A stretch of DNA of 64,000 nt from Candidatus Poribacteria bacterium (GTDB lineage Bacteria; Poribacteria; WGA-4E; WGA-3G): assembly GCA_965214095.1 (NCBI GenBank), contig OZ243938.1:96001-160000 (forward strand), written 5' to 3'. This document shows, piece after piece, positions 39,839 to 50,269 of this stretch (position 1 is the stretch's first letter; each line of letters starts with the position of its first letter). A model generated the notes under the pieces. That model was not told the origin of the DNA and did no database searches. It saw nothing but the letters and a program-made list of their open reading frames with translations. Both the position numbers and the translations under genes were made by a program.

Positions 39839-42800
39839 TTACTTTCGTATCAACATCTTCCGCGTAGTCGTGAAATCTCCTGCCTTGAATGTGACAAAAT
39901 AGACTCCTGCAGCTACCTTCTCACCAATACTATTTCTACCATCCCAATAAGCAGCACGGTTCCGATTCATGTAGAAACCTGCTTTTTGATGTCCCAATAC
40001 TAACTTACGTACAACAACCCCACGCATATTGTAGATCGTCAATGTAACATCCGATGCTTTCGCTAACTGATACGGTATCCACGTTTCAGGATTGAACGGG
40101 TTGGGGAAATTGGACAAGAGAACAGTCTTGTCGGGTGGCTGGATGTTGCTGGGTGCAGGAGGAATAGCATCAATCACCGTCAACGGCAAATCATCGGATT
40201 TTGTATAATTGCAGCCAGAAAAGCCGGAGAGCGTTGGTAATGTACTAATATCTACCGTAACAGCCTCGGTTGTACCTGCAGTGCGTGTAACGGTGAACTC
40301 ATCACTTTCCACTTCACCTGCTTCCATGACAATACTTGTGACATCACCTGAGATACTTCCATTCGTAACAGCAACGACTGTAGTTGCTTCCTTGGGTGCT
40401 CCTGCGGGTATTTTTACCTTGAACTTTCCATTTGCTGTCTTTATGAGCGTTACGGGGATAGGGACATTGATATACGTCCCAAAACTAACATTGTTGTGAC
40501 TCAGACCAAGATAGCTCAGGTTGGAGAGAACTGTAAAGAACCCATCCGGTAACCTAAGAATATTGTTATTGAAAAGTTCGAGTCTCCTTAGAGCGGTAAG
40601 TGGTTTAAAAGCATCAAGATTTATATTTGCATTAAAACTATTTCCACTGAGATTAAGACTCTGAAGTTTGGTATTATATTTGAAAATATCAGAATGGAAA
40701 TTGAGTAAGTTGCTCTCACCTAATTTAAGGTCAGTCAAATTAACGAGATCATCAAAAATACCTACCGGTAAATTAGTACTATAGAATGAGAACTCTAAAT
40801 GAACCAAATTTACAAGGTCATTAAAATCACCACTGTTTGGATTCCCCACGCCATGGGCAATGTATGTCAATCTCCTAATAAATGAGAGATGATGATTTAG
40901 CAGGTCATCTCGCCTAAGATTCGGAAATCTATCCTTAAGAGCCCACATAATAGAACCATGAAGAGTAGCACCATCATCACTACCAAATATGATTCTTTGT
41001 GTGCGTTCACTAAGAGGAGGGTCAGGTGGGGTTTCATCTATGTCGTTGACCTCAATTGTGACAGCAAGCGTTGCACTATCATTACTTGAACCACTATCAT
41101 CCGTCACCTTGACGGTTATGGAATATGAAGATTGTTCTTCGTAATCCAGTACAACAGCTATTTTGAGCTGCCCGGTTTCACTGTTAATACTAAACGAATC
41201 CGCATCCGTCCCCTCCAGACTATAGGTCAACGTGTCCTCGTCTGCATCCGTTGCTGTAAAACGACTACCAAGGTTGGCATTTATCCTGTTTTTTTCATCA
41301 ACACTCAAGGTTGTACTGACACCGTCATTGAACACAGGCGGATTATTCGTACCAGGTATAATATTTATGTTTGGACCTTTTATGAGACTATATCCGTAAT
41401 GACCTGAGGGCAGGCTTGGTAGGCTGTCAATAGATGCATTGACTCTACTTGTAGAGCCAGAGTTCCGTGTGGCCGTAAGTGTTTCACTATCTGTGCTACC
41501 TCGTGAAATGGAAACACTTGTTACACTGCTATTAATAGTAGCGTTTGAGACACTTACAGGTACTTCTATTTCAAAAGGTGCCCCAACAGCTACCACGACT
41601 TTGAACTCACCGTCTTGGACTTTCACCGCAGTTATATCAAGTGGCAGTGGATCAACGCTGTTGTTTCTTAGGTCAACTCTGTCAAGACTCGAAAGGTTGA
41701 GAAATAACCCGTCCGGTATAGAACTGAAACTGTTGTTTGATAGGTTAATTTCATCAAGTGAAGTGAGTGTATTAAAAATACCATTAGGTAGACTGCTCAA
41801 ATTGTTCTCGCTGAGATCAATTGACTTGAGCGAAGTGTTGTTATCAAAAATCCCCGCGGGGACACTAGTTAAGTTATTCTCATCGGCTCTAAATGAAGTT
41901 ATTGACGTAAGTTCATTGAAAAGACCAGAAGGAAACGTTGTCAAGCTGTTATTTTCGAATGAAATTGCTGTTACACCGGTAAGATCATCAAAATCTCCAG
42001 TTTGAAGACTCGAAATATTCTTTTGTTTGAAATCGAGTGTGCCAGTAATAGCTGCCAGGTCGTCTGCTGCTATATATGCTGGATCGCTTATACCTGTTAC
42101 CGAGATGAGTTTATCGCGTACTTGTTGTGTGCGTTGATTGACAGGTGTGGATGTCTCCGTAGCGTCAAGGATATTGATGGTTACATCAATAGTATCACTG
42201 TTATCGCTATGACTGCTGTCATCAGTTACCTTGACGGTGACGGAATATGAAGATTCATCTTCAAAATCTAATTCTGCACTGGTTTTGAGCTGCCCGTTTG
42301 TGGTGTCAATGCTAAAGGATGCGGCATCTGTGCCTTCCAGGCTATATGTGAGTATATCAAGATCATCTGCATCTGTTGCGGTTAATGGAGCACCGATATT
42401 TGTACCGGGAGCTGTTATCTCCCTCACTGAAAGGGTGATACTGCTACCATCGTTAAATACTGGGGCATTATATTCAGTCCTAATTAAATTTATATTTGGA
42501 CCTTTCCTCAGCCTATAACCATAATGGTTCCAGGGGAGAGAAGAAAACGATCCCAAACTTACAGTGACATTCCCAGTTGTACCTTCGTCGCGTGTGACAG
42601 TAAATGTCTCGCTATCTGTACTGCCCTGTGAAATGGTTGCACTTGTGGCACCACCAGTGATGGAACCATTGGTGACACTCAGTGCCACTGTGATGTCAGT
42701 CGGTGCACCGGTAACTGCGACGACTTTGAACTGATCCACTGCAATTATTTCAAAAGTTATTTCCAGTGGCATCGGATCAACGGGGTTGCCATCCATATCA

Positions 42801-45800
42801 AGTTTGTTGAGACTGGTAAGACCGACAAATACTTTGTCTGGTATAGACTCGAATTTGTTACCATCTAAATACAGTGTTTCCAGTGAAGTTAGGTTCTCAA
42901 AAATATTTTCAGGTAATGAGGTTATTTTGTTGAGACCTAAGTCAAGTGTTACCAGTGAAGTTAGGTTATCAAAAATACCAGCGGGTAATGTTCCTATATT
43001 GTTTAGTTTTAACTCAAGTTTTGTGAGGGATGTGAGACTGGCAAAGACCCCTGCATCATAACTCTTGATATTCATATTATCCATATCAAGTTCTTTGAGT
43101 GATGTAAGATCATCAAAAATACCAGAAGGTAATGTTCCTATATTGTTGTTAGCCAAGTAAAGCTTTGTCAAACTGGTAAGTCCATCAAAATCTCCAGATT
43201 TTAGTGAACTTATGTCCTCACTATAGAGATTTAGCGTACCTGTTATTCCTGCAAGGTCGTCTGCTGTTATATTCGCTACATTTCTTTTACCAACAAGATC
43301 AGCAATTGCATCTCGTACCTTTCTTGTACGTTGTCTGACAGGTGTGAAACCTTCGTCTACATCGGTAATATTGATGGTGACATCGATTGTGGCACTTGCA
43401 TTACTCAGACCACTATCATCGGTAACTTTGACAGTAACTGAATAGGAATCCTTGGTTTCAAAATTCAATGAAGCACTGGTTTTCAACTGTCCGCTTGTGC
43501 TAACAATACTAAATGATGATGCATCTGTGCCTTCCAAGCTATATGTCAAGGTGTCATCTGTATCAACATCTGAAGCGGAAACAGGATTGCCAATATTGGT
43601 GTTGGTAGGCGTGTTTTCAGCGATTGAACGGGTGACAGGGGCAGTCTCGTCAAATGTAGGTGTGTTGTTAACCGTTTGCGATAAAATTCTGAGAGCAGCC
43701 TCGACCGTTCCCGAAACTTCAGCTGTTCCACCATTACTATCATCGGCTATAACCTTGATGGAGTAGTTTGATTTTGTATCGTCAATGAGTGCTTGTGTGA
43801 CTTTCAGTTGTCCTGAATTATCAATATCGAATTTCGCTGCATCATTACCACTAACACTGTATGTCAAAGTGTCGTTATCAGGGTCAGTTGCAGTGAGTGC
43901 ATCCCCAATACTATCCCCGACGGATACATCGCCAATATCTGCGATTCGGTAGGTGAAACTCGTGACCGAGAATGTTGGTGCGCGGTTCTCAACAACATCT
44001 GTAATATTGATCTCGACATCAATCGTAGCACTGTTATTACTCTCACCACTGTCATCCGTTGCTGTGACGGTTACCGAGTAAGAGGAATCATCTTCAAAGT
44101 CAAGTGCGTCCTTCGTTTTTATCTGTCCTGTGTCGGTATCAATGTCAAATGAAGATCCGTCCGTTCCACCGAGGCTGTATTCCAAGTCATCGCCATCTTC
44201 ATCCGTAGCAGCTACAGGCGTTCCGATGTTTGTATCCGCAACAGTATTCTCAGCGATGGCGCGTGTGACAGGACTTGTTTCGGTGAATGCTGGTGCATCG
44301 TTCTCATCCGAAACATTAATCGTGACATCAATGGAAGCACTGTTATTGCTTTCACCGCTGTCATCTGTGACAGTGACGGTTACCGAATGTGAAGCACTTG
44401 CTTCGTGATTAAGTGCGTCCTTCGTTTTGATCTGTCCAGTGTCAGTATCAATGTTAAATTTAGAACCGTCCGTGCCACCGATGCTGTATTCAAAATCATC
44501 ACCATCCTGATCAGTAGCAGGGAAAGGACTGCCGATGTTGACACCCGCGATAGCATGCTCTCCTATAGAGAATGTGATGGAACCTGTCTGTGTGAATTTC
44601 GGCGCATCATTCGCATCTGTGACATTAATTGTGACAGTAATTTCATCTTCAAGGCTGCCATCCGAAACGTTGACCGTCACCGTATAGGAGTCCTTCGTTT
44701 CAAAGTCTAATTCATCCTTTGTGCGGAGTTGTCCGTTTGTGCTATTGATATTAAACGACGCGGAATTCGTCCCGCCGAGAGTATATTCCAATTCGTCTTC
44801 GTCAGCATCAGAGGCTTCCACAGCAGTCCCAATATCTAAACCAGACCCGGTATTCTCTTCTACTGAACGCGTGGTTTCTGAACCTTCAGCAAACTCAGGG
44901 GCACTATTCTCGACTACATCAGTGACATTGATTGTAACATCTATGGTTGCCTCGCCACCATTGTCATCGGATACAGTTATTTCCACAGAATAAGATTTCT
45001 TTAATTCAAAATCTAATGCTGCATTGGTTCTCAACTGTCCGTTTGTGCTATTGATACTAAACGATGTTTCATCTGTACCACTCAGCGCGTATGTTAATGT
45101 ATCTTCATCCTCATCTGTGGCAGTAACTGCATCACCAATGTCTTCACCAGAACCAGTATTCTCTGCAACTGAACGCGTGGTTTCTGAGCCTTCCTCAAAC
45201 ACAGGGGCACGGTTCTCATCTACATCCCTAACCATAATGGTAATTGCAATACTATCGGATAGCTCACCATCAGACACCTTGAGTGTCACAGAATAGGAGG
45301 ACTTATTCTCATAATCCAATGCTGCCTTCGTTTGAAGTCTCTTTGTCGTACTATTGAAATCAAAGGATGTAGCATCATCACTTTCAAGGCTATAAGTTAA
45401 GGTCGTGTTCGCATCTGGATCCGTTGCAACAAAAGCATGTCCGAAATCAACTCCTGAAGCAGTATTCTCAGCAATGCGACGTATAGTATTTTCGCCATCC
45501 TCAAATACGGGTGCTTCATTGACATTCGACACATTGATTGTAACGGTGATCTCGTCTTCAAGACTACCATCCGATACAGTGACTGTCACCGTATAAGATG
45601 TCTTATTTTCATAATCCAGGGTACCGCTGGTTTTGAGTTGACCTGTTTCATCGTCAATGCTAAACGAAGAAGCATCTGTGCCACTGAGGAGATAAGCAAA
45701 CGTTTCGCTGTCTTCATCTGTTGCAGCGATTGCCTCACCAATATCAGTGTCTTCTGCCGTATTCTCTGGTACAGATCGGGTTGTGTCCTCTCCATCTTCA

Positions 45801-48800
45801 AAAACAGGTGCGATATTTGACGGTGTTTCGTCTAAGTCTCTGACAGATATAGATACTGTAATAGAATCGCTCAAACTACCATCGGTAACAGACACAGTGA
45901 CCGTGTATGAGGCTTTATTTTCAAAATCCAAAGCTGCTTTTGTTTTGAGTTGTCCTGTCCTTTCATCAATAGCGAATGAAGCAGCATCTGTACCACCGAG
46001 GCTATATGTCAGTGTAGTGTTAGCATCTACATCGGTTGCGGTCACTGCGGCACCGATGTTAATGTTGGCTTTAGCGTTTTCTGCAATGGTACGTGTAGTA
46101 CTAACACCACCTATGAACGACGGTGCCTCGTTGACATTTGAAACTTCAATAGTGACATCAATGCTATCACTCCCACCTTGACCATCAGATACGTTCACTG
46201 TCACCGTATACGATGATTTAGTCTCATAATCCAAGGCATCTTTCGTTTGCAGCTGCCCTGTCTCAGAATCAATGTTAAATGCAGCAGCATCTGTGCCACC
46301 AAGACCAAAAGTCAGTGTGTCATCGTCCGCATCCTCCGCAGATACAGGACTTCCTATATTAGTGTCTGCATCTGTGTTCTCAGGAACAGAGACGGTGATG
46401 TCATCTGAAGCAAACTCAGGTGAGTTGTTTGTCGGTGCTTCGTCCACATCCGTGACATTGACTGTTACAGTGATGCTATCACTGCCACCTTCACCATCGG
46501 AGACATTGACTGTTACCGTATATGATAACTTTGTTTCATAGTCAAGTGAGGCACTGGTTCGTATCTGACCTGAACTACTATTGATTGTAAATGAAGATGC
46601 GTCTGTTCCGCTAAGGCTATATGTTAATGTGTCTTCATCGTCATCGGTGGCGGACACAGCACTCCCAATGTCCACACCAGAACCTGTATTTTCTGCAATG
46701 GAACGAGTTGCAGTACTACCTTCCGTAAACTCAGGTGCGGTATTGGCAGGTCTCTCGTCTACATCGGTAACATTGATTGTGACGCTGATGCTGTCGCTGC
46801 CATTCTTGCCATCTGAAACATTTACTTTTACCGTATAAGACGACTTATCTTCATAATCCAAAGCTGCACTTGTTCTTATCTGTCCATTTGTACTATTGAT
46901 ACTAAACGAATCTGCATCCGTGCCACCAAGACTATAGGTTAGTGTGTCTTTGTCGGCATCGGTCGCACCAACTGCACTTCCTATGTCTACACCAGAACCC
47001 GTATTTTCTGCAATGGAAAGTGTAGCGGATTCACCATCTGTGAAGACAGGGGCGTTATTTGGAGGATCATCTTTTACATCTGTTGTTTCATCAACTACTG
47101 CTGTTTCATCTATGTCGGTGATGTTGATTGTGACATCTATAGAGTCTGAAAGACTACCATCAGAAACTGTGAGTGTGACCGAATATGAGCTCTTAGTTTC
47201 ATAATCCAGTGCTGCTGATGTTTGCAACTGTCCTGAAGTACTATTGATACTAAATGAAGATGCGTCAGTTCCACTAAGACTGTATGTCAATGTGTCTTCA
47301 TCATCATCGGTAGCGGACACAGCACTCCCAATGTCTACACCGGAACCCGTATTTTCTGCAATGGATCGAGTTGCAGTGCTACCTTCCGTAAACTCGGGTG
47401 CAGTGTTGGCAGATCTCTCGTCCACATCGGTGACATTGATTGTGACAGTGATACTATCACTGCCTTCATTCCCATCAGAAACATTTACTTTTACCGTATA
47501 AGACGACTTATCTTCATAATCCAAAGCTGCACTTGTTCTTATCTGTCCATTCGTGGTATTGATACTAAACGACGCAGTATCCGTGCCACCGAGACTATAT
47601 GTGAGTGTATCCTCATCTTCATCAGTCGCAGAGACTGCATCACCGATATCCACACCGGAATCTGTATTCTCTGCAACGGTTCGTGTGGTACTACTACCCT
47701 CTGTGAAGACAGGGGCGCAGTTTTCATCTACATCAGTCACATTGATGGCGACTGTGATGCTGTCGGTTAGACTACCATCTGATACTGTTACAGTTACCGA
47801 AAATGATGATTTGGTTTCATAGTCAAGGGCTGCTTTGGTTTTGAATTGACCTGTGTTCGCGTCAATATTAAAAGATGTTGCATCTGTCCCACTCATACTA
47901 TATGTTAGGTCATCATTGTTTGCATCCGTTGCCGAAACAGCATTGCCAATATCAACACCGGCTTCAGTGTTTTCTGGAATGGTGCGCGTCGCAGTTGTGC
48001 CTTCTGTGAACACAGGAGCAACATTAATCTCGCTGAAAACCTCCAATGGTAGTTCAGTAGATTTGGCAAACGCGTACCCAGTATGACCAGTAGGCAGACT
48101 TGGCAAAATACCGATGTCAACAGTGACAGCATCATAGGTGTTAGGCGTACGAATGACGGTTAACGGTTGACTTTCCACACTCCCAGCAAGGATCGTTATT
48201 GTAGTCACATTATCGGCAAGGTTTCCGCTTGTGACAGTTATCGGCAAGACAGTGTCTGATGGGACACCACTCGGTAGGACAGCTTTGATTTGGTTTGTAC
48301 CGACTTTTTGTAGTGATACAGTAAGCGGGAATGGGTCAACTGAATTGCCACTCAAATCCAACGTTGTTAGGGATGGTAGACCTTCAAAGATACCAGCAGG
48401 CAGCCCAGCCAATTGGTTATTGCTCAAGTTGAGGGATGTAAGAGACAGCAATCCTGTGAAATCATCTGATTTGAGTGTTGAAACTGACATACCACTCAGG
48501 TCCAGCGATGTAATTGATGCAAGGTGAACATCCGATACGTTACGGCAATCATCAATACCTGTCAGTGCATCTACAATCGCATCACTCACTTGGAGTGTCC
48601 GATTGCAAACATTAGATTTCGCAAGTATATAACCGAAATGGTTCGCAGGTAAGGATGGCAATGACCCAATACTTACATCTGATGTAGTAGCAGTAAATGC
48701 CGTGCTCTCAAGGCTTCCCTTAGGAATTGTAACAGAGGTAATGCTTGCACCATTGAGTGGCAACACAACATCAAACGGTGCCCCTGTCATAATAACCGCT

Positions 48801-50221
48801 ATGAACTGATTCAGCTCACTTTGTTGTAAAGATACCATCAATGGGAACGGATCAACGGAGTTACCACCTAATCGTAGGCTTGTAAGAGAAGTCAATCCAT
48901 CAAATATGCCGATTGGCAGGCTGCTAAGCATATTACCGTATAGATTCAGGTTGGTTAATCCTGTCAATCCGGAAAAATCACCGCTTTTCAGTTCCGTAAT
49001 ACCAGCATTACGTATATTCAGACTTGTAATGGCTGCAAGTTGTGCTGCGGTCACATCAGATGCAACACTTACACCAGAAACGGCTGCAACAATCGCATCC
49101 CGAACCTGTTGCGTGCGATCACTCATAGGTAGCACTGTTGATACCAAGGTCGTTTCTACTACGTCAACTACGCTGATGACAACGGTGATTGTATCTGTGA
49201 GAGTGCCATCAGAGACAGAGACAGTTACCGTATAAACACGTTTTGTTTCATAGTCTAAATCAGCCTTCGTTTTCAACTGTCCAGTTGTATTGTCAATATC
49301 AAATGAACCAGCATCTATTCCGCTCAGTGTGTATGTCAACGTATCGGTATCTACATCCGTTGCCGAGATAGCATTACCTATACTTTCACCTATAACCGCA
49401 TTTTCAACGACAGATCGGGTAGTGATTGTTCCGTCAGTAAATGTGGGTGCAGTGTTTTCTGATGTATCAGTTGTGTCTGTCGTATCAGTCGTGTCTGTCG
49501 TATCAGTCGTGTCTGTCGTATCGGTCGTTTCTATTACAGTACTGATAACTTCAAGTGGTAACCCCTCAGATGTCGTCAGCGCATAACCGTAATGGTTTTG
49601 TGGCAAAGTGGGTAAAGTGCCAATATTTGCTGAGACAGCCGCCGTAGAGTTTGCTGTGCGGGTAACAGTAACCGCATCACTTTCTGTTGCACCTATAGAG
49701 ATCGTCAGACTTGTTGTATTATCCGAGAGTGTTGCATTTGTAACGCTGATTGGCACTTGAATGCTAAAAGGCGCGCCTGTAGGGGCAACCGCTTTGAATT
49801 GATCCTCTCCAACCTTTTCAAGCGTAACGGTGATGGGAATAGGGTCAACGGTGTTGCTTCCTAATCGCAAGCTTGTCAGAACAGTCAATCCCTCAAAGAT
49901 ACCATTTGGCAAACTGCTGAGTTCATTGTTGTATAAATTCAGATTGGTTAAGCCAGTCAATCCAGAAAAATCTCCAGTCTTGAGTTCGGTTATACCGGCA
50001 TCTCGTAGATTGAGATCGGTAATCGCAGCAAGGTGGGTATCGGTTACCTCATCAGCTGTGTTGACTTCAGCTGCAGCAATAATTGCATCCCTAACCTGTG
50101 ATGTACGGTCACTCACTGCTGTGATTTCTGAAAAACTTGGAACTTGTAGGTTTAGTATTAAAATAAGTGACAAAGCAATTGGCAAGTAACCTTTTACATT
50201 TCTAATGATTGTGTTCAACAT
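39839..50221 (-). CDS. Giant cadherin-repeat/LRR secreted protein B (3460 aa) with a T9SS-A/FlgD-like CTD
   Basis: Signal peptide; three short N-terminal LRR modules; long run of 'NxAPxF...ATDxD..L.Y...F.I....GQL.T...LDYE' repeats; three C-terminal LRR modules; CTD. Confidence 0.93.
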   Translation of the reverse strand: MLNTIIRNVKGYLPIALSLILILNLQVPSFSEITAVSDRTSQVRDAIIAAAEVNTADEVTDTHLAAITDLNLRDAGITELKTGDFSGLTGLTNLNLYNNELSSLPNGIFEGLTVLTSLRLGSNTVDPIPITVTLEKVGEDQFKAVAPTGAPFSIQVPISVTNATLSDNTTSLTISIGATESDAVTVTRTANSTAAVSANIGTLPTLPQNHYGYALTTSEGLPLEVISTVIETTDTTDTTDTTDTTDTTDTTDTSENTAPTFTDGTITTRSVVENAVIGESIGNAISATDVDTDTLTYTLSGIDAGSFDIDNTTGQLKTKADLDYETKRVYTVTVSVSDGTLTDTITVVISVVDVVETTLVSTVLPMSDRTQQVRDAIVAAVSGVSVASDVTAAQLAAITSLNIRNAGITELKSGDFSGLTGLTNLNLYGNMLSSLPIGIFDGLTSLTSLRLGGNSVDPFPLMVSLQQSELNQFIAVIMTGAPFDVVLPLNGASITSVTIPKGSLESTAFTATTSDVSIGSLPSLPANHFGYILAKSNVCNRTLQVSDAIVDALTGIDDCRNVSDVHLASITSLDLSGMSVSTLKSDDFTGLLSLTSLNLSNNQLAGLPAGIFEGLPSLTTLDLSGNSVDPFPLTVSLQKVGTNQIKAVLPSGVPSDTVLPITVTSGNLADNVTTITILAGSVESQPLTVIRTPNTYDAVTVDIGILPSLPTGHTGYAFAKSTELPLEVFSEINVAPVFTEGTTATRTIPENTEAGVDIGNAVSATDANNDDLTYSMSGTDATSFNIDANTGQFKTKAALDYETKSSFSVTVTVSDGSLTDSITVAINVTDVDENCAPVFTEGSSTTRTVAENTDSGVDIGDAVSATDEDEDTLTYSLGGTDTASFSINTTNGQIRTSAALDYEDKSSYTVKVNVSDGNEGSDSITVTINVTDVDERSANTAPEFTEGSTATRSIAENTGSGVDIGSAVSATDDDEDTLTYSLSGTDASSFSINSTSGQLQTSAALDYETKSSYSVTLTVSDGSLSDSIDVTINITDIDETAVVDETTDVKDDPPNNAPVFTDGESATLSIAENTGSGVDIGSAVGATDADKDTLTYSLGGTDADSFSINSTNGQIRTSAALDYEDKSSYTVKVNVSDGKNGSDSISVTINVTDVDERPANTAPEFTEGSTATRSIAENTGSGVDIGSAVSATDDDEDTLTYSLSGTDASSFTINSSSGQIRTSASLDYETKLSYTVTVNVSDGEGGSDSITVTVNVTDVDEAPTNNSPEFASDDITVSVPENTDADTNIGSPVSAEDADDDTLTFGLGGTDAAAFNIDSETGQLQTKDALDYETKSSYTVTVNVSDGQGGSDSIDVTIEVSNVNEAPSFIGGVSTTRTIAENAKANINIGAAVTATDVDANTTLTYSLGGTDAASFAIDERTGQLKTKAALDFENKASYTVTVSVTDGSLSDSITVSISVRDLDETPSNIAPVFEDGEDTTRSVPENTAEDTDIGEAIAATDEDSETFAYLLSGTDASSFSIDDETGQLKTSGTLDYENKTSYTVTVTVSDGSLEDEITVTINVSNVNEAPVFEDGENTIRRIAENTASGVDFGHAFVATDPDANTTLTYSLESDDATSFDFNSTTKRLQTKAALDYENKSSYSVTLKVSDGELSDSIAITIMVRDVDENRAPVFEEGSETTRSVAENTGSGEDIGDAVTATDEDEDTLTYALSGTDETSFSINSTNGQLRTNAALDFELKKSYSVEITVSDDNGGEATIDVTINVTDVVENSAPEFAEGSETTRSVEENTGSGLDIGTAVEASDADEDELEYTLGGTNSASFNINSTNGQLRTKDELDFETKDSYTVTVNVSDGSLEDEITVTINVTDANDAPKFTQTGSITFSIGEHAIAGVNIGSPFPATDQDGDDFEYSIGGTDGSKFNIDTDTGQIKTKDALNHEASASHSVTVTVTDDSGESNNSASIDVTINVSDENDAPAFTETSPVTRAIAENTVADTNIGTPVAATDEDGDDLEYSLGGTDGSSFDIDTDTGQIKTKDALDFEDDSSYSVTVTATDDSGESNNSATIDVEINITDVVENRAPTFSVTSFTYRIADIGDVSVGDSIGDALTATDPDNDTLTYSVSGNDAAKFDIDNSGQLKVTQALIDDTKSNYSIKVIADDSNGGTAEVSGTVEAALRILSQTVNNTPTFDETAPVTRSIAENTPTNTNIGNPVSASDVDTDDTLTYSLEGTDASSFSIVSTSGQLKTSASLNFETKDSYSVTVKVTDDSGLSNASATIDVTINITDVDEGFTPVRQRTRKVRDAIADLVGKRNVANITADDLAGITGTLNLYSEDISSLKSGDFDGLTSLTKLYLANNNIGTLPSGIFDDLTSLKELDMDNMNIKSYDAGVFASLTSLTKLELKLNNIGTLPAGIFDNLTSLVTLDLGLNKITSLPENIFENLTSLETLYLDGNKFESIPDKVFVGLTSLNKLDMDGNPVDPMPLEITFEIIAVDQFKVVAVTGAPTDITVALSVTNGSITGGATSATISQGSTDSETFTVTRDEGTTGNVTVSLGSFSSLPWNHYGYRLRKGPNINLIRTEYNAPVFNDGSSITLSVREITAPGTNIGAPLTATDADDLDILTYSLEGTDAASFSIDTTNGQLKTSAELDFEDESSYSVTVKVTDDSSHSDNSDTIDVTINILDATETSTPVNQRTQQVRDKLISVTGISDPAYIAADDLAAITGTLDFKQKNISSLQTGDFDDLTGVTAISFENNSLTTFPSGLFNELTSITSFRADENNLTSVPAGIFDNNTSLKSIDLSENNLSSLPNGIFNTLTSLDEINLSNNSFSSIPDGLFLNLSSLDRVDLRNNSVDPLPLDITAVKVQDGEFKVVVAVGAPFEIEVPVSVSNATINSSVTSVSISRGSTDSETLTATRNSGSTSRVNASIDSLPSLPSGHYGYSLIKGPNINIIPGTNNPPVFNDGVSTTLSVDEKNRINANLGSRFTATDADEDTLTYSLEGTDADSFSINSETGQLKIAVVLDYEEQSSYSITVKVTDDSGSSNDSATLAVTIEVNDIDETPPDPPLSERTQRIIFGSDDGATLHGSIMWALKDRFPNLRRDDLLNHHLSFIRRLTYIAHGVGNPNSGDFNDLVNLVHLEFSFYSTNLPVGIFDDLVNLTDLKLGESNLLNFHSDIFKYNTKLQSLNLSGNSFNANINLDAFKPLTALRRLELFNNNILRLPDGFFTVLSNLSYLGLSHNNVSFGTYINVPIPVTLIKTANGKFKVKIPAGAPKEATTVVAVTNGSISGDVTSIVMEAGEVESDEFTVTRTAGTTEAVTVDISTLPTLSGFSGCNYTKSDDLPLTVIDAIPPAPSNIQPPDKTVLLSNFPNPFNPETWIPYQLAKASDVTLTIYNMRGVVVRKLVLGHQKAGFYMNRNRAAYWDGRNSIGEKVAAGVYFVTFKAGDFTTTRKMLIRK
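49463..49530 (-). repeat. (TTD)7 linker tandem repeat
   Basis: 9/18-bp periodicity; the paralogous site at 57787-57834 has (TTD)5. Confidence 0.9.
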
Positions 50222-50269
50222 TTTTTTGTCCTTTCTTTGTGGAGAAAATCCACCTTTTAGTAATAGAAA

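Noticed and set aside
39584-39902. ORFs 39584-39805 and 39720-39902
   Set aside because: They are translations of REP/MITE sequence or antisense overlap.
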